Below are positions 23,331 to 32,959 of a stretch of DNA of 43,857 bases, piece after piece. This DNA is from Clostridia bacterium. GTDB taxonomy: Bacteria; Bacillota; Clostridia; Oscillospirales; CAG-272. Location of the stretch: NCBI GenBank assembly GCA_017456965.1, contig JAFTIJ010000178.1:1-43857 (forward strand). The letters are read 5' to 3'. A program made the translations under genes and the position numbers. How positions within the stretch are numbered: position 1 is the stretch's first letter; every line of letters begins with the position of its first letter. The notes under the pieces are model-generated. The model saw only the letters and a list, made by a program, of their open reading frames with translations. It did no database searches and was not told the DNA's origin.

Positions 23331-25322
23331 ATGCAAAAGATTGGTGTTTTCGTGTGCCATTGCGGCACGAATATCGCCGGCACCGTTGATGTAAAGGCGG
23401 TTGCCGAGGCGCTCGGCAAAGAGCCCGGCGTCGTTTTCTCCGCCGAATATCCGTATATGTGTTCCGAGGCAGGTCAGAACCTGATCAAGAACGCGATCAA
23501 GGACTACGGACTGACCGGCATCGTTGTATGCTCCTGCTCGCCCCGTATGCACGAGGCTACGTTCCGCAAGACCGCGGCGGCTGCAGGACTCAACTCCTAC
23601 ATGGTTGAGATTGCAAATATCCGTGAGCAGTGCTCCTGGATCCACAAGGATATCAAGGTCGCTACCGAAAAGGCGATCGTCCTCGGACGCACCGCCATCG
23701 CGAAGGTTGCTCTCAACACTCCTCTTACCGCAAGCTCCAGCCCCGTTGTCAAGCGTGCGCTCGTCATCGGTGGCGGTATCGCAGGTATCCAGACCGCGCT
23801 TGATATCGCAGACGCGGGCTACGAGGTCGATATCGTAGAGAAGGAGCCCACCATCGGCGGCAAGATGGCTCAGATCGACAAGACGTTCCCGACCCTCGAC
23901 TGCGCGGCTTGTATCCTCACGCCGAAGATGGTTGACTGCGCTCAGAACGAAAAGATCCATATTTACTCCTACAGTGAGGTAGAGAGTGTCAAGGGCTTCG
24001 TCGGTAACTTCACCGTCTCCATCAAGAAGAAGGCGCGTTACGTTGACGAAACCAAGTGTACCGGCTGCGGTCTGTGTACCGAAAAGTGCCCGATGAAGAA
24101 GACCCCCAACCTCTTCAACCTCGGACTTGACAACCGCTCCGCGATCTACATTCCCTTTGCTCAGGCGATCCCGAAGGTTGCGACCATCGATGCCGACTAC
24201 TGTAACATGCTGAAAAACGGCAAGTGCGGTGTCTGCTCCAAGGTCTGTGCCGCAGGCGCGATCGACTACAAGCAGAAGGATCAGATCATCGAGGAGAAGT
24301 ACGGTGCCATCGTCGTTGCTACCGGCTTCAATCCCATCAAGCTTGACGGCTACGATGAGTTCGCTTACAACGAGAGCCCCGACGTCGTAACCTCCCTTGA
24401 GCTTGAGAGACTGATGAACGCCGCAGGTCCCAACGGCGGTACGCTCCTGCGTCCCTCCGACAAGACGCATCCCAAGACCATCGTATTCGTACAGTGCGTA
24501 GGCTCCCGTGATACCACCGATTGCGGCAAGCCATACTGCTCCAAGATCTGCTGTATGTATACCGCGAAGCACGCAATGCTCATCCGCGACAAGTATCCGG
24601 ATACCGAGGTATACGTATTCTACATCGACGTCCGTACGCCCGGTAAGAACTTCGACGAGTTCTATCGCCGTGCCGTTGAGGAATACGGCGTGCATTACAT
24701 CAAGGGCATGGTAGGCAAGGTTATGCCTCAGCCCGACGGCAAGCTCCTCGTCCGCGCCGCTGACCTGATCATGAACGAGCAGGTTATGATCAACGCAGAC
24801 ATGGTCGTCCTCGCCGCCGCAATCGAGCCCGACAAGACCGCAAGACCTCTTGCGACCATGCTGACCGCAAGCATGGATACCAACGACTTCTTCACGGAGG
24901 CACATCCCAAGCTCCGTCCCGTTGAGAGCCCCACCGCAGGTATCTTCCTCTCCGGTGTATGCCAGGGTCCGAAGGATATCCCCGAGACCGTTGCACAGGC
25001 AAGTGCCGCAGCAGCGAAGGTTATCGGCCTGCTTGCCAAGGATAAGCTCCTGAGCAACCCCTGCGTTGCACACTCCGATGAGAACCTGTGTAACGGCTGC
25101 TCCTCTTGTGAAAGAGTATGTCCCTACGGCGCGATTTCCTACGTGGATAAGGAATTCCGTATGCCCGACAGAACCACAAAGATTCGCCGCGTAGCGTCCG
25201 TCAATGCCGCCGTTTGCCAGGGCTGCGGTGCTTGTACCGTTGCTTGTCCCTCCGGCGCGATGGACCTCTCCGGCTTCTCCAATAAACAGATCATGGCGGA
25301 GGTAGATGCAATATGTCGATGA
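23331..25322 (+). CDS. hdrA: heterodisulfide reductase subunit A-like FAD/FeS protein
   Basis: VFVCHCGTNIAG N-terminus, VIGGGIAGIQTALDIA dinucleotide fold, internal CTGCGLCTEKCP motif, and C-terminal CNGCSSCERVCP / CQGCGACTVACP ferredoxin domain. 663 aa. Confidence 0.85.
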   Translation: MQKIGVFVCHCGTNIAGTVDVKAVAEALGKEPGVVFSAEYPYMCSEAGQNLIKNAIKDYGLTGIVVCSCSPRMHEATFRKTAAAAGLNSYMVEIANIREQCSWIHKDIKVATEKAIVLGRTAIAKVALNTPLTASSSPVVKRALVIGGGIAGIQTALDIADAGYEVDIVEKEPTIGGKMAQIDKTFPTLDCAACILTPKMVDCAQNEKIHIYSYSEVESVKGFVGNFTVSIKKKARYVDETKCTGCGLCTEKCPMKKTPNLFNLGLDNRSAIYIPFAQAIPKVATIDADYCNMLKNGKCGVCSKVCAAGAIDYKQKDQIIEEKYGAIVVATGFNPIKLDGYDEFAYNESPDVVTSLELERLMNAAGPNGGTLLRPSDKTHPKTIVFVQCVGSRDTTDCGKPYCSKICCMYTAKHAMLIRDKYPDTEVYVFYIDVRTPGKNFDEFYRRAVEEYGVHYIKGMVGKVMPQPDGKLLVRAADLIMNEQVMINADMVVLAAAIEPDKTARPLATMLTASMDTNDFFTEAHPKLRPVESPTAGIFLSGVCQGPKDIPETVAQASAAAAKVIGLLAKDKLLSNPCVAHSDENLCNGCSSCERVCPYGAISYVDKEFRMPDRTTKIRRVASVNAAVCQGCGACTVACPSGAMDLSGFSNKQIMAEVDAICR

Positions 25323-25747
25323 ATGAATTCAAACCCAAAATCGTGGCGTTCTGCTGCAACTGGTGCTCCTATGCGGGCGCCGACCTTGCAGGCACAAACC
25401 GTCTGAACTATCCCGCCGACGTCAAGATCATCCGCGTTCCTTGCTCCTGCCGTGTCAATCCTCTCTTCATCCTTCGTGCATTCCAGAGAGGCGCGGACGG
25501 CGTGATCCTGTGCGGATGCCATCCCGGCGACTGCCACTATACGACGGGTAACTACTATGCGAGACGCCGTATGACCCTGCTTTTCTCCATGCTCGATTAC
25601 CTCGGCATCGAGAAGGAGCGTACCCGTGTAGAATGGGTTTCCGCCGCAGAAGGCGCGAAATTCGCTACTGTAATGAATGACTTTGTTAAGACCGTTACCG
25701 AACTCGGTGAAAACAAGAGACTGGAGGACCTCAGATGCAAGAAATGA
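25313..25747 (+). CDS. mvhD: MvhD/FlxD-like (methyl-viologen-reducing hydrogenase delta subunit family) protein
   Basis: KIVAFCCNWCSYAGADLAG...RVPCSCRV...GADGVILCGCHPGDCHY. Overlaps the hdrA stop by 10 nt. Confidence 0.8.
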   Translation: MSMNEFKPKIVAFCCNWCSYAGADLAGTNRLNYPADVKIIRVPCSCRVNPLFILRAFQRGADGVILCGCHPGDCHYTTGNYYARRRMTLLFSMLDYLGIEKERTRVEWVSAAEGAKFATVMNDFVKTVTELGENKRLEDLRCKK

Positions 25748-26706
25748 TGAAGAAAAGAGCGAAAGAGCTCCTCGCTTCCGGTGAAGTAACCAGAGTCATC
25801 GGTTGGAAAAAGAATGAATTTGACTACGATATCACTCCCGCCGTATTCACGAGTGCGGAGGAGATCGACCGCGATTTCATCTATGACGATTTCTGCGGTG
25901 TCAACCTCTCCAAGTTTACCTTCCAGCATCAGAAGAACGATACCAAGACGCTCGTTTTCCTGAAGCCCTGCGATTCCTACAGCATGACCCAGCTCATTAC
26001 CGAGCACCGTGTTGACAGAAACGCACTGTATATCATCGGCGTACCGTCCTACGGCAAGATCGACGTTGAGAAGATCAAGGCTGACGGTGTGACCGGTATC
26101 CTCTCCATCACCTCCGAGGGCGGCGACGTACACGTTCACACCCTTTACGGTGACAAGACCTACGCAAAGTACGAGGTCACCTCCGAGCGCTGTCTCAACT
26201 GCAAGAGCAAGATGCACCCCACCTACGACGAGCTCATCGGCTTTGAGGGCGAGGTCATGGAGACTGAGCGCTTTGACGAGGTTGCAAAGCTTGAGGCGAT
26301 GACCCCCGAGGAGCGCTTCGAGTTCTGGCGCGGCGAGCTCTCCCGTTGCATCCGTTGCAACGCCTGCCGCAACGCTTGTCCCGCATGTACCTGTGAGACC
26401 TGTATTTTCGATAACAACGATTCCGGCGTTGCGCAGAAGGCGGCCGCTGACTCGTTTGAAGAGAATATGTTCCATATCATCCGCGCATTCCACGTTGCAG
26501 GCCGTTGCACCGACTGCGGCGAATGCTCCAGAGTATGTCCTCAGCACATCCCGCTCCACCTTCTGAACCGTAAGTTTATCAGCGATATCAATAAATTCTA
26601 CGGTGACTATCAGGCAGGTGCCGAGATTGGTCAGAGAGCACCTCTCGTCAACTTCACCAAGGAAGACGTGGAGCCCGATATCGTGGCAAAAGGAGGTAAA
26701 GCATAA
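25735..26706 (+). CDS. iron-sulfur electron-transfer protein (HydB/AsrA/FlxB-C-like)
   Basis: CIRCNACRNACPACTC and CTDCGECSRVCP cluster motifs. Overlaps the mvhD stop. The family name is from memory. Confidence 0.6.
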   Translation: MQEMMKKRAKELLASGEVTRVIGWKKNEFDYDITPAVFTSAEEIDRDFIYDDFCGVNLSKFTFQHQKNDTKTLVFLKPCDSYSMTQLITEHRVDRNALYIIGVPSYGKIDVEKIKADGVTGILSITSEGGDVHVHTLYGDKTYAKYEVTSERCLNCKSKMHPTYDELIGFEGEVMETERFDEVAKLEAMTPEERFEFWRGELSRCIRCNACRNACPACTCETCIFDNNDSGVAQKAAADSFEENMFHIIRAFHVAGRCTDCGECSRVCPQHIPLHLLNRKFISDINKFYGDYQAGAEIGQRAPLVNFTKEDVEPDIVAKGGKA

Positions 26707-27737
26707 TGCTTAAGATCCTTCGTGAAAATCTCGATCAGCTTTTCGCGCTGATCGCTGAGAAAGAGACCCTTTACATCCCCACCGATGCAACCAGCGGTAT
26801 CGCACAGTTCAAGAAGTGGGAAGCAGGCATGAAAATGTCTGAGAAGCTCAAGACCTCCCGCAGTGCAAAGGATTTCTTCTTCCCGCAGACTGAGGATCTC
26901 GTATCCTTCAAGACGAACGGCAGAAAGATTGATATTATCGACCCCCGCACCGAGACCGAGGACTTCGTGATCTTCGGCGTACGTGCGTGCGATGCCAAGA
27001 GCTTCACCATCCTCGATCGCGTATTCCTCGTCGATCCCGTAGATACCTATTACAAGAATCGCCGTGAGCACGGCACCGTCGTTACTCTTGCTTGCTCCAA
27101 GCCCGCTGAGACCTGCTTCTGCACCACCTTCGGCATCGATCCCACTGAGCCCGCAGGCGACGTCAGCGCATGGCTCACCGAGGATGCACTCTATATCAAG
27201 GCCGTAACCGAGAAGGGAACTGCCTTCGTTGAGAGTGTCAAGGCGATCGCAGAGGAGAGCGACGAGACCGCAGTCGAGGCACAGAAGGCTGCAACCAAGC
27301 AGATCCTCGACAAGCTCCCGATCAAGAACCTCAAGACCGAGGCCTTCGGCGGCGGTAAGACCGAGACCTACTTCAAGTCCGAGGAGTGGGCAAAGCTCTC
27401 CGAGGCTTGCCTTGGATGCGGCACCTGCACCTTCGTATGCCCCACCTGTCAGTGCTACGATATCCGCGACTTCGACACGGGACACGGCATCGACCGTTTC
27501 CGTTGCTGGGACAGCTGTATGTACTCCGACTTTACCAAGATGGCACACGGCAACCCCAGACTCTCCCAGAAGGAACGCTTCCGTCAGCGCTTCATGCATA
27601 AGCTCGTTTATTTCCCCGAGAACAATGAGGGTATCTTCGGCTGCGTCGGCTGCGGCAGATGCGTAGAGAAGTGCCCGATCTCGATGAATATCGTCAAAGT
27701 CATGAGAACACTTGCAAAGGAGGAAGAAGGAAAATGA
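26706..27737 (+). CDS. iron-sulfur electron-transfer protein (sulfhydrogenase beta / AsrA / FlxB-C-like)
   Basis: CLGCGTCTFVCPTCQC and CVGCGRCVEKCP motifs. TAATG overlap with the upstream gene. Confidence 0.6.
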   Translation: MLKILRENLDQLFALIAEKETLYIPTDATSGIAQFKKWEAGMKMSEKLKTSRSAKDFFFPQTEDLVSFKTNGRKIDIIDPRTETEDFVIFGVRACDAKSFTILDRVFLVDPVDTYYKNRREHGTVVTLACSKPAETCFCTTFGIDPTEPAGDVSAWLTEDALYIKAVTEKGTAFVESVKAIAEESDETAVEAQKAATKQILDKLPIKNLKTEAFGGGKTETYFKSEEWAKLSEACLGCGTCTFVCPTCQCYDIRDFDTGHGIDRFRCWDSCMYSDFTKMAHGNPRLSQKERFRQRFMHKLVYFPENNEGIFGCVGCGRCVEKCPISMNIVKVMRTLAKEEEGK

Positions 27738-28567
27738 ACAACGAAACCCTTATTCCCGTAGTTGGCGTCATCACCGAAGTAAAGCTTGATACCCCTGATA
27801 TCAAAAACTTCCGTGTCGTCGGCAGAGACGGTAAGAAGCCCTTCGCTCACAAGCCCGGTCAGTGCGCAATGGTTTCTCTGCCCGGTATCGGTGAAGCAAT
27901 GTTTTCCATCACCTCTTCTCCCACAAACGAAGAGTACATGGAATTTGAAATCAAGAAGTGCGGTTGTCTGACCACTTGGTTCCATATGCTTGAGCCCGGT
28001 CAGGAGATCACCGTACGCGGACCTTACGGAAATGCATTCCCCGTAGACGACGCTTTCGTCGGCAAGGATCTTCTGATCATCGCCGGCGGTGTCGGTCTCG
28101 CCCCCGTCCGCTCCGTCATCAACTATTGCCGTCACTACAGAGACCGTTACGGCAAGATCGATATCGTTTACGGCTCCCGCTCCAAGGAGGACCTTGCCTT
28201 CTATCAGGAGATCGTTGACGAGTGGATGAGCCCCGATGAGAAGGACGTCAACGTCCACCTCACCATCGACCGCGAGCAGGATAACTGGGACGGTCACGTC
28301 GGCTTTGTTCCCAACTACGTCAAGGAGCTGAATTTCTCCACCGACAAGACCGTTATCATGTGCGGACCTCCGATCATGATCAAGTTCACGCTTGCAGGTC
28401 TGAAGGAGTGCGGCTTTGACGAGACGCAGATCTTCACGACGATGGAGCTCAAGATGAAGTGCGGTATCGGCAAATGCGGCAGATGCAACATCGGCTCCAA
28501 GTACGTTTGCAAGGACGGCCCCGTATTCCGTATGGATGAGCTTTCCGAGCTTCCGGATGAATATTAA
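27734..28567 (+). CDS. FAD/NAD(P)H-binding oxidoreductase with C-terminal 2Fe-2S (HydG/AsrB/PyrK/FlxA-like)
   Basis: Ferredoxin-reductase-type layout (GQCAMVSLPG, LLIIAGGVGLAPV) ending in CGIGKCGRCNIG..YVCKDGP. ATGA overlap with the upstream gene. Confidence 0.7.
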   Translation: MNNETLIPVVGVITEVKLDTPDIKNFRVVGRDGKKPFAHKPGQCAMVSLPGIGEAMFSITSSPTNEEYMEFEIKKCGCLTTWFHMLEPGQEITVRGPYGNAFPVDDAFVGKDLLIIAGGVGLAPVRSVINYCRHYRDRYGKIDIVYGSRSKEDLAFYQEIVDEWMSPDEKDVNVHLTIDREQDNWDGHVGFVPNYVKELNFSTDKTVIMCGPPIMIKFTLAGLKECGFDETQIFTTMELKMKCGIGKCGRCNIGSKYVCKDGPVFRMDELSELPDEY

Positions 28568-28590
28568 TCTTGAAACGGAGGTCATTTGAC

Positions 28591-29265
28591 ATGGAAAATA
28601 TGGTGAATGTCTATCTTTTTGGTAAGAAGTATGAGGTCCCGTCCAATCTTACGATCATGGGCGCGATGGAATACGCAGGCTATCAGCTCGTCCGCGGTTG
28701 CGGATGCCGTAACGGCTTCTGCGGCGCTTGCGCTACGATCTACAGAATCAAAGGTCAGAATGAGCTGAAGTCCTGCCTCGCTTGCCAGACCAAGGTAGAG
28801 GACAATATGTACGTCGCAACCCTTCCTTTCTTCCCGCTGGAAAAGAAGGTTTACGATATTGAAAAGATCAAACCCACGGAACAGATCATGATGCAGCTTT
28901 ACCCCGAGATCTACAGCTGCATCGGATGCAATGCCTGCACCAAGGCGTGCACGCAGGAGCTCAACGTTATGCAGTACATCGCTTACGCTCAGAGAGGCGA
29001 GTACGAGAAGTGCGCAGAGGAATCCTTCGACTGCGTTATGTGCGGCGTTTGCTCCTCCCGTTGCCCCGCAGGTATCTCTCATCCCCAGGTCGCTCTCCTT
29101 GCAAGACGCCTGAACGGCAAGTATCTTGCACCGAAGTCGGCACATCTCGAAAATCGCGTACAGGAGATCAAGGACGGTACCTTCCGGGAGCTCCTTGAGG
29201 CGCTGATGCAGAAGCCGATTTCCGAAATGAAAGAGCTCTACAATAACAGAGAGATCGAGAAGTAA
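28591..29265 (+). CDS. frdB: succinate dehydrogenase/fumarate reductase iron-sulfur subunit-like protein
   Basis: CRNGFCGAC...CLAC (2Fe-2S-like), then CIGCNACTKAC and CVMCGVCSSRCP. Start is set at ATG 28591 after ACGGAGG. Confidence 0.7.
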   Translation: MENMVNVYLFGKKYEVPSNLTIMGAMEYAGYQLVRGCGCRNGFCGACATIYRIKGQNELKSCLACQTKVEDNMYVATLPFFPLEKKVYDIEKIKPTEQIMMQLYPEIYSCIGCNACTKACTQELNVMQYIAYAQRGEYEKCAEESFDCVMCGVCSSRCPAGISHPQVALLARRLNGKYLAPKSAHLENRVQEIKDGTFRELLEALMQKPISEMKELYNNREIEK

Positions 29266-29278
29266 GGAGGAACGACTG

Positions 29279-30892
29279 ATGTATAATGAGAAAATGCTGG
29301 AGTCCATGCGTAAGGTTGCCGCAAACCGCGAAGCCAATGCAGAGCTTGAGCCCCGCAGAATGACCGCGGACGAAAAGGACGCGCTCCTCGCTGAATTCCA
29401 TCCCGACTACAAGCAGAACGAGTTTGCAATTCTCTCCATTGGTGAAAACAAGGGCGAGAAGGTTCCCACCGAGCTTTGCGAGCTCCTTCAGGCGCATAGC
29501 CGTATTTCTGCCGCAGACGTTGACCTTACCAAGGTTGACTATGAGACCGATGTTCTGATCATCGGCGGCGGCGGTGCAGGCGCATCTGCCGCGATCGAGG
29601 CGGATGAGGCAGGCGCAAAGGCAATGATCGTCACCAAGCTCCGCATCGGTGACGCAAATACCATGATGGCTGAGGGTGGCATCCAGGCTGCCGACAAGCC
29701 CAACGATTCCCCCGCGATCCACTATCTCGACGCTTTCGGCGGCGGACACTTCGCCGCAAAGCCCGAGCTGCTTTATAAGCTCGTAAATGAAGCACCCGAG
29801 GCGATCCAGTGGCTCAACAATCTCGGTGTCGAATTCGATAAGACCGAGGACGGCACGATGGTCACGACCCACGGTGGCGGTACCTCCCGCAAGAGAATGC
29901 ACGCCGCAAAGGACTACTCCGGTGCGGAGATCATGAGAACGCTTCGCGATGAGGTTCTCAATCGCGGTATTCCCGTGATCGACTTTACCGCCGCAGTTGA
30001 GCTCATCCTCGATGAGAACGGCAACTGCGCAGGCGCAGTCCTCATGAATATGGAGACCAAGGAGCTCCTCGTTGCCAAGGCTAAGACCGTTATCCTTGCT
30101 ACGGGTGGCGCGGGCCGTCTCCACTATCAGGGCTTCCCGACCTCCAACCACTACGGTGCAACCGCGGACGGTCTCGTTCTCGGTTACCGTGTCGGCGCGA
30201 AGCTCCTCTACGCAGATACCCTCCAGTATCACCCCACGGGTGCGGCATATCCCGAGCAGATCTTCGGTGCGCTCGTTACCGAGAAGGTACGTTCCATCGG
30301 TGCGAAGCTCGTCAACGCGGACGGTGAGGTCTTCATGCATCCGCTGGAGACCCGTGACGTTTCCGCCGCCTCCATCATCCGTGAGTGCAACGCAAGAGGC
30401 AAGGGCATCGAGACCTCCGACGGTGTCGGTGTATGGCTCGATACGCCTATGATCGAGCTCAAGAACGGCGAGGGCACGATCGAGAAGAGAATCCCCGCGA
30501 TGCTCCGTATGTTCGGTAAGTACGGCATCGACATCCGCAAGGAGCCGATCCTCGTATATCCCACGCTCCACTATCAGAACGGCGGTCTCGATATCAACGC
30601 AGACTGCATGACCAAGGTAGAGAATCTCTACGCCGCAGGCGAGGTCGTCGGCGGTATCCACGGTCGCAACCGTCTGATGGGCAACTCTCTGCTTGATATC
30701 ATCGTATTCGGCAGAGACGCAGGTCGCGCAGCAGCAGAGAAGGCAAAGGATGTTACCGTCGGTGCACTCACCCTCGATCACATGGCAGCGTTCGACGCAG
30801 AGAGAGCGGCTGCAGGTCTTGAGACTGAAGCGATCTCTCCCAAGCTTCTCCCCACCTATACCCACGGCAACCCCAAGTTTGAAGCGAAATAA
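29279..30892 (+). CDS. frdA: fumarate reductase/succinate dehydrogenase flavoprotein-like subunit (soluble type)
   Basis: DVLIIGGGGAGASAA FAD fold, LQYHPTG, GRNRLMGNSLLDIIVFGR. It reads GDANTMMAEGG where covalent-FAD enzymes carry the SHT motif. 537 aa. Confidence 0.75.
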   Translation: MYNEKMLESMRKVAANREANAELEPRRMTADEKDALLAEFHPDYKQNEFAILSIGENKGEKVPTELCELLQAHSRISAADVDLTKVDYETDVLIIGGGGAGASAAIEADEAGAKAMIVTKLRIGDANTMMAEGGIQAADKPNDSPAIHYLDAFGGGHFAAKPELLYKLVNEAPEAIQWLNNLGVEFDKTEDGTMVTTHGGGTSRKRMHAAKDYSGAEIMRTLRDEVLNRGIPVIDFTAAVELILDENGNCAGAVLMNMETKELLVAKAKTVILATGGAGRLHYQGFPTSNHYGATADGLVLGYRVGAKLLYADTLQYHPTGAAYPEQIFGALVTEKVRSIGAKLVNADGEVFMHPLETRDVSAASIIRECNARGKGIETSDGVGVWLDTPMIELKNGEGTIEKRIPAMLRMFGKYGIDIRKEPILVYPTLHYQNGGLDINADCMTKVENLYAAGEVVGGIHGRNRLMGNSLLDIIVFGRDAGRAAAEKAKDVTVGALTLDHMAAFDAERAAAGLETEAISPKLLPTYTHGNPKFEAK

Positions 30893-31071
30893 TCTGATGT
30901 CAACCTGAAACGCCGTGTCTTCTTTTGGTGTGTATACCACCGCCCCCCGCTTCGTAATCGCGAGACGTAAGTGGCGGACGCGTGTCGTACCCATCCGATG
31001 GAGGCATGGCGTGGATGGAACCGCATCGGTGCATTTAAATTTGAAAATTTTAATTGAAAGGATAGATCAGT

Positions 31072-32865
31072 ATGAACAGATTTACCAAAAACCCCACCGT
31101 TCTCGCTTGGATCGAGGAGATGAAAGCTCTCCTCACTCCCGACAACGTCGTTGTCATTGACGGCAGCGAAGAGCAGCTCGAAGCACTCCGTGCAGAGGCT
31201 GTTGCAACCGGCGAAATGATCAAGCTCAACCAAGAGAAGCTTCCCGGCTGCTACTACCACAGAACCAAGCCCAATGACGTTGCCCGCGTTGAGGACAGAA
31301 CCTTTATCTGCTCCAGAGAAAAGGAAAACGCAGGTCCCACCAACAACTGGTGCGACCCCAAGGAAATGTACGCTAAGCTCTACGATATCGCTCGCGGTAC
31401 CTACAAGGGCAGAACTATGTACATCATTCCTTTCTCCATGGGGCCGATCGGCTCTCCTCTCGCAAAAGCAGGTATCGAAGTTACCGACTCTATCTACGTT
31501 GTCCTCAACATGGCTATCATGACCCGTGTCGGTGCTGAGGTCCTCACCGTTCTCGGTGACTCCAACGACTGGGTAAGAGGTCTCCATGCAAAGTGCGATG
31601 TTGATCCCGAGAAGAGATACATCTGCCAGTTCCCCGAAGACAACACCATCATCTCCGTTAACTCCGCTTACGGCGGCAACGTACTTCTCGGTAAGAAGTG
31701 CTTTGCTCTCCGTATCGCTTCCTACCAGGGCTGGAAGGAAGGCTGGATGGCTGAGCATATGCTCATCCTCGGCGTTGAGAATCCTCAGGGTGAGGTTAAG
31801 TACGTTGCCGCCGCATTCCCCTCTGCTTGCGGTAAGACCAACCTCGCAATGATGATTCCTCCCGCATACCTCCGTGAAAAGGGCTACAAGGTATGGACTG
31901 TCGGCGACGATATCGCTTGGATGCGTATCGGCGAGGACGGCAGACTCTACGCGATCAACCCTGAGAACGGCTTCTTCGGCGTAGCTCCCGGTACCAACGA
32001 GCACTCCAACTACAACGCGCTCGCTTCTACCAAGAAGAACACCATCTTCACCAACGTTGCGATCAACCTCGATGACAACACCGTTTGGTGGGAAGGTCTC
32101 GACAAGAATCCTCCTCAGAACGCTCAGGAGTGGAAGGGCAATCCTTGGAATCCCTCTATGTTCGTAAAGGCTGACAAGACCACCTATGCCGCTCACCCCA
32201 ACTCCCGTTTCACTGCTCCCGCAGTAAACTGCCCCTGCATCTCCTCCGAGTTTGACAAGGGCGCAGGCGTTCCGATCTCCGCTATCATCTTCGGCGGCCG
32301 CCGTGCTAAGTGCGCTCCGCTGGTATATCAGTCCAAGGACTGGAAGAACGGCGTATTCGTAGGCTCCTCCATGGCTTCCGAAACCACCGCTGCAGCTGCA
32401 GGTGCAGTCGGCGTCGTTCGTCGTGACCCCATGGCTATGCTTCCTTTCTGTGGCTACCACATGGGCGACTATTTCGCACACTGGCTCGCAATGGGCGAGA
32501 AGCTCGGCGACAAGGCTCCTAAGATCTTCAACGTTAACTGGTTCCGTACCGACGACGAAGGCAACTTCATCTGGCCCGGCTTCGGCGACAACATGAGAGT
32601 CCTCAACTGGATCCTCGACCGTTGCGAAGGCAAGGTTGGCGCTGTTGAGACCGCAATCGGTTACGTTCCCAATCCCGAAGACATCGACCTCACCGACCTC
32701 GAAGGCTTCGACATCGAGGTTCTCAAGTCCATCCTCGACGTTGACAACGACGTATGGGCTAAGGAAGCTGCTGAGATCGAAGAGCACTACAAGAAGTTTG
32801 GCGACAAGCTTCCCGCAGAGCTCAGAAATCAGCTCGAAACCCTCAAGGCTGCTGTTTGCAAATAA
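31072..32865 (+). CDS. pck: phosphoenolpyruvate carboxykinase (GTP)
   Basis: FPSACGKTNLAMM kinase-1a motif, a length near 600 aa, and overall similarity to GTP-type PEPCK. Confidence 0.9.
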   Translation: MNRFTKNPTVLAWIEEMKALLTPDNVVVIDGSEEQLEALRAEAVATGEMIKLNQEKLPGCYYHRTKPNDVARVEDRTFICSREKENAGPTNNWCDPKEMYAKLYDIARGTYKGRTMYIIPFSMGPIGSPLAKAGIEVTDSIYVVLNMAIMTRVGAEVLTVLGDSNDWVRGLHAKCDVDPEKRYICQFPEDNTIISVNSAYGGNVLLGKKCFALRIASYQGWKEGWMAEHMLILGVENPQGEVKYVAAAFPSACGKTNLAMMIPPAYLREKGYKVWTVGDDIAWMRIGEDGRLYAINPENGFFGVAPGTNEHSNYNALASTKKNTIFTNVAINLDDNTVWWEGLDKNPPQNAQEWKGNPWNPSMFVKADKTTYAAHPNSRFTAPAVNCPCISSEFDKGAGVPISAIIFGGRRAKCAPLVYQSKDWKNGVFVGSSMASETTAAAAGAVGVVRRDPMAMLPFCGYHMGDYFAHWLAMGEKLGDKAPKIFNVNWFRTDDEGNFIWPGFGDNMRVLNWILDRCEGKVGAVETAIGYVPNPEDIDLTDLEGFDIEVLKSILDVDNDVWAKEAAEIEEHYKKFGDKLPAELRNQLETLKAAVCK

Positions 32866-32886
32866 TTACATCCCCGCATTTTCGCC

Positions 32887-32910
32887 CTCCGACAGAGCGA
32901 TCTGTCGGAG
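32887..32910 (+). terminator. hairpin after pck (terminator candidate, no clear U-tract)
   Basis: 10-bp stem ctccgacaga/tctgtcggag with a GCGA loop, 22 nt after the stop. Confidence 0.45.
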
Positions 32911-32959
32911 AGCCACCTAAGTAATTTTGAAAAGCCGCGCTTGCGGCATGGAGAAATCT

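Noticed and set aside
20720-25073. Long minus-strand ORFs (20720..22108, 21994..23229, 23277..25073)
   Set aside because: They are antisense to fumC and hdrBCA, which carry unambiguous signatures. They have no RBSs and no recognisable motifs. They are high-GC antisense artefacts.
29279-30892. The flavoprotein could be L-aspartate oxidase (NadB), which also lacks covalent FAD
   Set aside because: It is immediately preceded by a FrdB/SdhB-like FeS subunit and sits with fumC, mdh and pck. No nadA or nadC gene is nearby. This remains a formal alternative to test.
29168-32787. Long minus-strand ORFs 29168..30994 and 30856..32787
   Set aside because: They are antisense to the frdA-like and pck genes. 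The composition is Gly/Val/Ala/Arg-rich without motifs. The + strand genes explain the region.
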